64,000 bases of DNA, from contig NC_043002.1 of the NCBI RefSeq assembly GCF_006345805.1, positions 54,560,001-54,624,000 of the forward strand, written 5' to 3'. Below are positions 51,461-64,000 of the stretch, one piece after another. This DNA comes from Octopus sinensis (Eukaryota). Under the pieces are notes generated by a model that was not told the DNA's origin, searched no databases, and was given only the letters and a program-made list of their open reading frames with translations. Both the position numbers and the translations under genes were made by a program. The stretch's first letter is position 1; the number at the start of each line of letters is the position of its first letter.

Positions 51461-52292
51461 TGTTACATCCTTGTTACTTGTGTGAATTTTTGCCACCCTG
51501 ATAACTGTTTGTTTATTTTTTCGTGTTATCTGTCAACACTGAAAACACACATACACACAAATATATATTTATATATATATATATACTATATATATATATA
51601 TATATATATACTAGCTTGTTATTAGCTACTCTTCAGCTTGCTAGTGCTAGCAAAACAAGAAGGGCTTTAATGAAAATAACAATACCAATTGTGAGACGAA
51701 CCCAGAAAGGAATTTCTAAGTCGTCGTTCGATTTATTAGAATATCCAAATATCCTTTAAATCATAGGTTCTCAACGGGGACCATATGCCCCCCTCCAGGA
51801 CCATTTGGAGCTCATTTTGGGCCTTAAGAGACTTGGTGGACGCTGGAAGACCCTCCTCTTTGGTAAGTTTAATTTGAAATTAACGAGTAGTAACCATATT
51901 TTCACATCTCTGCGACAGTCAGTTTAAAAGAAACATGCCTTTTTGTTTCAAATGTTCAAAAATTTAAAAAACTCTTTTCCCACTTGGTACCATGTGTAAC
52001 TGGTGTTACTAATGTGAAACCCCCAAAATAATAACAAAAACTAAAAACAAATGAATAGTGACAGACGACTAAAAGAAAAAAAAAGCAATGAATAAAAGCG
52101 AAAAGCTGAATGTGTGTGTACGTGTGTGTTTGTGTGCAAATATATAAAGAATGATGGTCAGAATTTTGGATGAAACTGGCTTTTGGGAGTGGCTGATAGG
52201 TATATGTTTGTGTATGTGTGTATATGAGTATGTTTGTATGTATATGATCGCATGTATTGCTGTTTTGAATTCCTTTCTGTGATTGAACTTAA

Positions 52293-52354
<62 letters not shown>

Positions 52355-52904
52355 CACGCGCGCACACATTTGTTTTAGGTTTTCTACCCATTTGAAGGAA
52401 TTTATTTTAACTATAAAATTACACCTCATTTAAAAACATCTTTTGGCTTTGGAAAACAGAACCTTCTCTTTCACTTTCTATATTTTTTGTTAAGTTAGAA
52501 TTTTTCTGTTTTGGATGGAAGCGTTTAAAATAAAAATGAAAAATTCATAGAGCCGGACAAAATCAAAAATATTAATTTTAATCGTAATGATGGAGAGGAG
52601 TAAACATTTTCCTCCTTTGCTTAATACTAACAAGAGCGTAGTATGAGGAAAATTTGGTTGTTATTTCTAGCAAATTGAACAACCACACAGTGAGTACCTC
52701 ATTGGCACATTTGTTGATGTGTATAAGTAAACAAAAACTAAAGGAAAAACAGACACCAGCAAACACACACACACAAACACACACACACACACACACTCAC
52801 ACACATATATATATATGAATGTATGTTTACATAATCTATAGCTTGGCTCAGTCTTCAATTCTTGTCAAAGTGTCCCAATAGATTATATGAATGTATTCTT
52901 TTAT

Positions 52905-53100
52905 TGTTTTATTCGTTTCAGTCATTTGACTGCGGCCATACTGGAGCACCACCTTTAGTCTAACAAACTTATTCTTTGTAAGTCAAGTACTTATTCTATC
53001 AGTCTCATTTGCCGAACTGCTAAGTTACTGAAAAGTAAACACTCCAGCATCGGTTGTCAAGCGACGGTGGGGGACAAACACAGACACACAAACACACACA
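52905..53100 (-). mobile_element. SINE family B, 3' half
   Basis: tttcagtcatttgactgcggccatactggagcacc...gggacaaacacagac. Confidence 0.85.
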
Positions 53101-53164
53101 AATACACCACACGAGCGCGCGCACACATACACATACACACACATATGTACACATAATTTATGTG

Positions 53165-53491
53165 GGATCTAGTCTGTTTCACTCACAAAATCTACATTTT
53201 CAAAAGAAAGTAAAAATTTTGAAAATTGATCCGGATGCTTAAGTATAATTTTCACAGGGTACAAACTTAAAGTTGACACCGCTACAGCGCAGAAAATTTC
53301 TGTCTCATTATTGGATTAAGATAGACAGTTTTTTTCAAGTTTTAAACGTAAATTTTTCGTCAAATTTTTTCTCCAGAAGTTCATTTCTTCACAGGAACAA
53401 GCACGGAAAACTGCATCAATAAATACAATTTTTAGATTTTTTTCCTTCCTTTTAAAAATTGCAGATTTTGTGAATCAAACAAACTAGATCC
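53165..53491. mobile_element. Unclassified MITE with ~60-bp TIRs; related partial copies at ~54060-54386 and 54530-54762
   Basis: ggatctagtctgtttcactcacaaaatctaca / tgcagattttgtgaatcaaacaaactagatcc; cacagggtacaa.cttaaagttgacaccg recurs at 54530. Confidence 0.75.
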
Positions 53492-56089
53492 GCTATTTGT
53501 GATAATGGTTGGTCTTTCATTGCAAGTATCTGTAACCTGGTAGCAGATCATGTTAGAAATAGCAGCCAAATCTTTCTTTTCTGGGTTCCGGGAAACTTCG
53601 AGGCTTGCGGCGGGTTTGGTGGTCAGATACATTGAATGCACGTGAAAAATCCGAGATTTTTTTTCTTTCTGTCCTTACTGACAAACATTCATTAAATCCA
53701 TTGTGACTGCACCGCCAGTACAAATTCTCATAAACCATTTTCTTAGTCATATTGTGCCTAGATTTACTACACTTTTTTTTCAGGGCTAACACCCTTTTTT
53801 TTCCGAAATAATATGCAGCATCCACCTCTGTTTTCAATATCTCCTTCAGACTGGTGCAGTTAAATGACTTGGATTCTAGACTTTTACCAACAAGCAAAAA
53901 GTAAATAAACACAGAAAAACTCCACGAAAGGCGAAAAATTATAAAAACACAGAAAAACTTCCCGAAATAAAATACTACGAAAATTCACGAAAAATATCTA
54001 AAATAAAATTCTATTTCTAATAAAATTCTAATACAAGCACAGGTAATTTACGTTTTATAAAGTTTTAACAAAAATAACAAAATCGAAACATGTACAGAGA
54101 GATCGCGTGCAGATGAGAAGATTCTGCACAACAAGGTAAAATAGAACATTTAAGTTGTCATATGTTACTATGGTAACTAGCTGTTAATGCCTCGCTGTCT
54201 GTTGATTGGATAAAATTACACAAATTTTCCAACTTAATTCCAAATAACATCAGATTTTTTAATTTACGAGATAAGGTAACTGGTTGAGTATAATCTAAAT
54301 TCCCAACTCCATCCATAGCCCTAATTTGAAAACAGTCTGAGCAAAATTAAAGGGGGCTGATTTTGTGACTCAAACTAAGTAGATTCGAAATAGCTACTAA
54401 TGCGGGTGTCCTTGTAAAGATTTACCCAAACACATACATACAAATACATTAATATAACAAAAAAAATTAATAAAAACATGACTTTGTAAGGTATTTTATC
54501 TTCATTTAGAAACCTGCAATGAACAGGTCACACAGGGTACAACCTTAAAGTTGACACCGTTCGCTACAACGAAAGTTTATTATTGGCTAAAAATAGACAG
54601 GTTTTTGATTTTTAAACGTCTGTAACTTTTTCGTCAAATTTTTTTCTCAGTAAATTCTTTGGTTCAAATGAATAAGAAATGAATGTTTAATATGACTATT
54701 TTTCAGATTTTTTACTTCATTTTAAAAGGGGGCTTATTTTGTGACTCAAACCAACTAGACTCGAGTGCAGTGAATACCATCCTCCACAATTTGCAACTCA
54801 TCTGAAGTACACATGTATTTCAACAATTTCTATCAATTACACTCTCTTTCTTGAGCATGCAGAATCCTCTTCCGTGTAACAATAACTATGTCAGATTGTT
54901 GCACACGTTCCTACCGTTTTGATAATGGACATCGGAGAGGTTTGAAATGATTTCATCGTCATTTACTTGTACTAAAGAGCACTCTTTCGAAAGACAACAC
55001 GTTGATCTCATAAGTGTCGTGTGGTGGAAATAAACGCAATTGACAAACTTTCATTCATAAGACCATTTATTATTTGGGTGTTTTTTTTGCATTTCAGTTT
55101 GTGCATTTGTACTTCGATTGCGTATAAGCGCATATGTAAAACGGTGTCCTTTATTATTTAATCATTATCTGCTTTATTATTTAATCATAATCAAAATAAG
55201 TAGGATATTGAAAACTAAAAAATATTTTGTTACTCCAAGGGTCAAAAGGGACCGTTTGGCCAAAATGGGTTGAGAATCTTTGCATCAAATCATAGCTTGC
55301 AAACTTAACAAGGAAGAGGACAGACTGGATACTATAACACTCGTTCGATAAGACCAGGAAGTCGTATAGTTACACCTTTCGCTGACCACCTGTCCAAATA
55401 TAACAATGACAAGAATACTCGGTAAGCAGAGTGCTTCTACATCCTTGTTTGTCTTGCCGGAAATTGCAGCTATCTTTCAAAATGACACCCAGCGGTCGTT
55501 AAAGCAAAATTACATATTGGATAATGTAGTATCTGCTGTATAATATACACAAAGATAAACATAAGGCTTATGGTAACTCTACACTATGGCAAAAGACCGT
55601 TGCTCAACGTGCTGAATATTGGGTCTGAAATGAACTTTATCAATTTTCAGATTCCGATAAGCTGCTAAACGACAGCAAAATTTTAAGTCAAATTTTAAAT
55701 ATAAAACTTTAATATGTGAGTAAGTATGTGTATACGCCTTACGCCACTGTCAAAAAGTTTTCCTTCAGGATAGCGTGTTAGCGCGAAACACTTTCTCTCC
55801 CCCTTTCCCTCTCTCTCCCCCTCTCATCTCTCTCTGTATATATATATGCATATATATACACACATATACACACGCACACATATATATACATACATACACT
55901 CATACATATATATATATATATATGTACGCATATATGCATACGTACCTACACACACACACATAAATATATATATATATATAATACATATATATATATGTAT
56001 GTATATGACACACACACATATACATACATACATACATACATATATACATACATACACACATACATACATACATACATACATACATACAT

Positions 56090-56189
56090 NNNNNNNNNNN
56101 NNNNNNNNNNNNNNNNNNNNNNNNNNNNNNNNNNNNNNNNNNNNNNNNNNNNNNNNNNNNNNNNNNNNNNNNNNNNNNNNNNNNNNNNN
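56090..56189. other. Assembly gap (100 N)
   Basis: Run of n bases. Confidence 1.
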
Positions 56190-56344
56190 ATAAAGGAATG
56201 AAGGGAGAAAAAGTGAGAAAGAATGAGAGAATGGGGAGAGAGATTTTGAGTCCTACTTTTATCTCAATCAGTTGTTTTGTAATATTTGCAGCAGAAAAAA
56301 AAAACAGAAGAAAGAAAAACATCAATATCGAAGCTATGACGTCT

Positions 56345-56697
<353 letters not shown>

Positions 56698-56896
56698 AGT
56701 GCAGTTGAAAGCAGTGTCAGTTGTTTTAGCAACACAATATTTAGTGTATTTAGCATCGGCTGAACAATACACGTTCAGGAATGAACGGAAGTAGAAGTAG
56801 CTTTAGTAACGCTATACCTTCAAATTTATCGAAGGTAGCAGCGGTAGTACTACCAACAACATTACGCAACATCAGCTGATGTTCCAAAACATGGCG

Positions 56897-56926
<30 letters not shown>

Positions 56927-56928
<2 letters not shown>

Positions 56929-57156
56929 TTTATTTAAAGCCGCAGAAATTCAAGAAATCTGTTATTTACGACTCTGAGTTTCTCGTGCCGTTCATCAGAC
57001 AGTTTTTGCTAGAATAACTGTCTGATGAACGGCAACGAGAAACTCAGAGTAACAGATTTTCTTGAATTTTCTGCTGCTTAAATAAAGCATATTACTCTAC
57101 CACTGGTATTGAGTACTCGTTTTTTCCACCTTGTTTCACATTTATGTGTTTACTCC

Positions 57157-57158
<2 letters not shown>
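56927..57158 (+). mobile_element. Palindromic Penelope-like fragment with a hammerhead motif, inserted in (TA)n
   Basis: Arms 56927-57004 / 57016-57090 plus a ~70-nt 3' extension; CUGU-CUGAUGA-ACG(GCAA)CGA-GAAA-CUCAGAG-UA-ACAG at 57018-57055; a degenerate relative lies at 60368-60450. Confidence 0.7.
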
Positions 57159-57203
<45 letters not shown>

Positions 57204-57247
57204 TATATATATAATATATTATCTATATATATATATATATATATATA

Positions 57248-59584
<2,337 letters not shown>

Positions 59585-59630
59585 GTATATATATATACTA
59601 TATATATATATATATTATATATATATATAT

Positions 59631-59933
59631 CACCGTGATCACCGTGACCGGCTATCAGATGTTGCTACAAATCATGGTCACAATGCGCTTCGCATTGTTT
59701 TAGCCTTCAAATGACGCCACCCCGCTGGCTAAGCGAGCTGGCCAACAGATGAAAAAGTGGGAGAAAGTTGTGGCAAAAGAGTACAGCAGGGATCGCCCCC
59801 CCCCTGCCGGTGGCCTCGTGGAGCTTTAGGTGTTTTCGCTCGATAAACACTCACAACGCCCGGTGTGGAATCGAAACCGCGATCCTACAACCGCGAGTCC
59901 GCTGCCCTAACCACTGGGCCATTGCGCGTCCAC
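59631..59933 (-). mobile_element. SINE family C (tRNA-Arg-like head) with an alternative 3' tail
   Basis: Minus strand tggcccagtggttagggcagcggacTCGcggttgtaggatcgcggtttcgattcc; shares head and 5' body with 30631-30935. Confidence 0.85.
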
Positions 59934-59936
59934 ATA

Positions 59937-59978
<42 letters not shown>

Positions 59979-60284
59979 GCACGTGCGTGTGTGCGTGCGA
60001 GCACACGTTTGTGTATTTTTCATGTTCTTTCTCATACATTCATTCACTTTCAAACATACTGTCTAGTTTTTTTATGTTCAAGTAAAGCAATACTAATACT
60101 AAAGTATCTAAATGAGTATGGTTATTTACGTATGAAAAATAATATAAAATTGCTTAACGCTTAAAATGTGCATGTATGTGCTGGAAAGAGAAGAAAACTC
60201 TAGCTAGAGTTTTTTTTATATGCTAGACCATTGGTTTGAAATCGATGTTAATTAAATTAATATCTAATTTCTCACCCTCATTTT

Positions 60285-60368
<84 letters not shown>

Positions 60369-60457
60369 TAACAAAAATGTCCGACGAACGAGAATGTGAA
60401 ACTGAGCAAAAGTTTTTGTGATATTTCTGCTGCTTTTAAATAAAGTATATATATAAG

Positions 60458-60630
60458 GCGCAGGAGTGGCTGAGTGGTGAGTAGCTTGCTTACCAACCAC
60501 ATGGTTCTGCGTTCAGTCCCACTGCGTGGCACCTTGGGCAAGTGTCTTCCATTATAGCCTCGGGCCGACCAAAGCCTTGTGAGTGGATTTGGTAGACGGA
60601 AACTGAAAGAAGACCGTTGTATATATGTGC

Positions 60631-60712
<82 letters not shown>

Positions 60713-60960
60713 GCGCGCGTGTGTGTGTGTGTGTGTGTGTGTTTGTGTGTCTGTTTTTGTCCCCCCAATATCGCTTGATAACCGATACTGGTGCGTTTAC
60801 GTCCCCGTAACTTAGTGGTTCTGCAGAAGGGATCGACAGAATAAGTACTAGGCTCACAAAGAATAAGTTCCGAGGTCGATTTGCTCGACTAAAGGCAGTG
60901 CTCCAGCATAGCCGCAGTCAAATAACTGAAACAAGTAAAAGAATAAAAGAATAAAGGAAT
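60458..60960 (+). mobile_element. SINE family B, full length
   Basis: ggcgcaggagtggctgagtggt...caccttgggcaagtg...(GT)n...aagtaaaagaataaaag. Confidence 0.92.
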
Positions 60961-61304
60961 AAGACTACAAAGTTCCATTGTGTTCTCCCTTTCTCTAAGA
61001 CAGACGTCTGGAGAGTGACGTCTGGAAGATTTTATCCTTATTTTTTGCAGGTTGATGGGCCATGTGGAGGTTGTCGTGTCATTTCCTTTTCCAAAGCTAC
61101 GGATGGATAGAAAGAAAGAGAAATCCGTTCAGATTTGATTTCAATAATTATTTTTCCTGTTATTAAGAGCAAATGTTCTTGTTGGAAATGATGATGTCTT
61201 TGTTGTTAAATCTCAGATCAACCTTGATAATTAAAGACATTTCATCTTTGATTGATCATACTTTCTGTTTATATATTCCGGACTACATTATTTGATGTAT
61301 CACT

Positions 61305-61505
61305 AAGGTGGCGAACTGGCAGAATCATTACCGCGCCGGACAAAATACTTAGCGGTATTTCTTCTCATTCTTAACGTTCTGAGCTCAAATGCCGTCATAG
61401 TCAATATTTGCCTTTCATTCTTTCGTGGTCGATAAAAAAGTATCACTTAAAAACTCGTAGTCGACTTCTCCCTGCCTTCAAAATTGCTGTCCTTGTGCCA
61501 AAATA
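61305..61505 (+). mobile_element. SINE family A, degenerate
   Basis: aaggtggcgaactggcagaatc head; tgcctttcattctttcgtggtcgataaa core. Confidence 0.7.
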
Positions 61506-61867
61506 AGAAAAAATAACCCAATGTACTTTTGAATCCTTTCGTTTTTTTTTTTTTGAAGAAAGCAATAGTATCATTTAGTTGAGCTTTGGCTGTTATTTCT
61601 ACCAACTCAATCAACTACGTAGAGAAAACAATGACAATCAAGCGGTGGAGTTTTCAGAAACAGTAAAACGCACAACTAAAGGTTTTGTAGTATTCAGCTT
61701 TATACCTTTAGGTTCTGTATTGAAGTTGATGTTTTTCTTACCTTCACGGTTGATTAAAGAAGTTGTTGTTTCACTCCACTTCAACCTTGAACGAGCTAAC
61801 CAAAGCTCAGATGCATTCCATACATGATCATTCCGTTTTTGTAGAAGCATGTAAAAAAAATATATAT

Positions 61868-62222
61868 TGCGTGGCACCTTGGTCTTCTACTATAGCCTCG
61901 GGCCGACCAAAGCCTTGTGAGTGGATTTGGTAGACGGAAACTGAAAAGAAGCCCGTCGTATATATGTATATATGTATATATGTATATATATGTATATATG
62001 CGTGTGTGTTTGTGTGTCTGTGTTTGTCCCCCTAGCATTGCTTGACAACCGATGCTGGTGTGTTTACGTCCCCGTTACTTAGCGGTTCGGCAAAAAAGAC
62101 CGATGGAATAAGTACTGGGCTTACAAAAAGAATAAGTCTCGGGGTCGAGTTGCTCGATTAAAGGCGGTGCTCCAGCATGGCCGCAGTCAAATGACTGAAA
62201 CAAGTAAAAGAGTAAAAGAGAG
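61868..62222 (+). mobile_element. SINE family B, 5'-truncated
   Basis: Body and tail nearly identical to the 26636 copy. Confidence 0.9.
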
Positions 62223-63124
62223 ATATATAATCAATTCCACCCTGTTTGACCCTTTTCCTATCTTTTGTATTACATTTGATACACAAGACATATTTCCCTG
62301 GCGTCCATGCATCATATATGATAGGCATTGCCATGTCTATCATATATGATAGACAAACTTAGGACAAACTTATTAAAATGCTTTGGCCAAGTTAAAGGTT
62401 AAAAACGGTGGTGTATAATTTGAACGAATTTAGCAGCTATTTTCTACAGATCGAGTGACTACGTGGAGGTCCAGTCCCACGATGGTTCGTTAGATTTTGA
62501 TTCTAATTCATGTAAAACTACTGAAGAAACCTTCACTAAATTGGAAGTAATTGTTTTAACAGCAATAATGAAATTGGACATAACTGGCATCGACTATTGC
62601 CTGCTGAGATCGAAATCTAAACCTACTATAAGCTGTGCAGTCGTTCTAACCACTAAACCAGGTTGCTATAATGTATATATATAATCAGTATATAATTATA
62701 AAGTTTTTAGTTTATCAGTTCAAAAGTGCGGTTCTTCGGAATCATTACTAGATTTTAATTATGTTTTTGTGGTTTGTTATCATTTCATTCTTGGAAACAT
62801 ATCTATATCATATCTGTATCATCATTGACCCATATATCTCGTGTTTATCAATGTAAGATTTTACATTCTCCATATTTATGATAACTGAACATATTCAGTT
62901 TCTTCATTTGTTTTAATTTGATATCAATGAAAAACCAATCTATGGATGTAGTAAAATAAAATTTGTTTTCTGCGCATCGAGTCCATGAAATGGTTTCAAT
63001 TTTTGGTTGAAACTAGTTCACTTCCCTTATACTATTAACAACCTTGAGGGGAAATAAGACAAAAGAAACTGCTAATATCAGCCTAATTAAAACGTAACCT
63101 CAAGAAATAAGTTAACCCGTCATC

Positions 63125-63360
63125 AGAAGCGCCAAGAGGTGGAAGACCACATCAGGTTGGCTGTGGAGACGGGGGATTACCTCAAAGTGGCTGCAGATCA
63201 GGAGGATCGAACTCTGGAAAGGGCAGTACTAATTAGAAACAAACTGGGGCTTGATGGATTCCAGCAGAGTCGCTTGAGTGAGGATGTCTGATGCTGAAAG
63301 ACCCAAAACACCTAGTAGCCTCAGGGTATATCACTGACGATGTGTCTCGGAGAATCACAG
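63125..63360 (+). mobile_element. 3' end of a HERO-like (R2-group) non-LTR retrotransposon
   Basis: TSKWLQIRR (cf. ASRWLWxKR C-terminus) followed by gtctgatgctgaaagacccaaaacacc...ggtatatcactgacgatgtgtc, matching the HERO 3' UTR as recalled. Confidence 0.55.
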
Positions 63361-63694
63361 GATGGTGGATGGAACAGAATTCAGAGAACTATACGATGGC
63401 CTGTACAACTCTTGGAATGAAGGGACAAACTGGATAATGTCAAGTATAAATAATTCCAGAGAGAAAGGTTACGCCTGGAGCACCTTTGTTCTAGGTCGGT
63501 TGATGTTAACTTGGGGCTAAACAACAAGAAGAACAAAACTAACCCAAGAAAAAAAGAAAACAAGTCAGAAAGAAGGAAAATAATGAAAGAATGAAATTTA
63601 TTTCCAAGTTGCCATAAAACCATACATTTCGGGGCGAAAACCCTTCATTGAAGGTTATTTGGTTATTTAACTCAACGACAGTCGACTTTTTTTC

Positions 63695-63930
63695 TTTTAT
63701 CTTTTACTTATTTCCGTCATTTGACTGCGGCCATGATGGAGCTCCGCCCTGAAGGGTTTTAGTCGAAGAAATAGACCCCGGGACTTATTTATTTAAAGTC
63801 TAGTACTTATGCTATCGGCTCTTTTGCCTAACCGCTAAGTTATGGGGATGTAAACACACCAACACCGGTTTTCAAGCGGTGGTGAGAGACAAACAGACCC
63901 AAAGACACATAAACATAGATATACACACTC

Positions 63931-63969
<39 letters not shown>

Positions 63970-64000
63970 CATTTATATATATGCAACGGGCTTCTTTCAG
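63695..64000 (-). mobile_element. SINE family B, runs off the window end
   Basis: gtcatttgactgcggccatg...tagtacttat...accgctaagt...acgggcttctttcag. Confidence 0.85.

Larger units (their letters stand above)
51762..55282 (-). mobile_element. Ancient hAT/Charlie-like transposon expanded by nested insertions
   Basis: TIRs cataggttctcaac / gttgagaatctttg (12/14), 8-bp flanks ctttaaat / catcaaat (6/8); faint minus-strand transposase traces ICTGGAVTM (~53700-53727) and TWYQVGKEFFKFLNI*NKK (~51940-51995). Confidence 0.5.

Noticed and set aside
63283-63315. Hammerhead in the HERO-like 3' UTR (ctgatgc...aaaacacc)
   Set aside because: Lacks the CUGANGA core, a GAAA after a closed stem II, and an NUH site in the right topology.

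Overview
This is AT-rich, repeat-saturated eukaryotic DNA with no credible host protein-coding gene. Nearly all long ORFs in the track are translations of microsatellites. The repeat families (tRNA-Arg-headed SINEs, CORE-, Nin/Deu- and V-domain-like SINEs, dense AC/AT/ATGT/AAT tracts) suggest an octopus or other coleoid genome; this is inference from recalled families. The window holds decayed transposons of many classes: Chapaev3-like, Tc1, two mariners, pogo/Tigger, an old hAT/Charlie-like element, two Helitrons, a Gypsy LTR element, R4/Dong-like and HERO-like non-LTR fragments, MITEs and more than 25 SINE copies. It also contains a 100-N gap and three microsatellite-bounded tandem duplications that may be assembly artefacts. 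The best candidate for a new system is a 473-bp insertion (25987-26459) flanked by a 12-bp target-site duplication. It joins a tRNA-like Pol III head to a Penelope-type terminal repeat carrying a minimal type I hammerhead ribozyme, plus an inverted second copy of that repeat, i.e. a possible Penelope-mobilised ribozyme SINE. Two unrelated elements share the inverted-repeat/hammerhead architecture (51144-51460, 56927-57158). A ~550-bp non-coding element inserts repeatedly into (AAT)n. All family assignments are by eye from recalled motifs, not from database searches, and coordinates of degenerate repeats are approximate.
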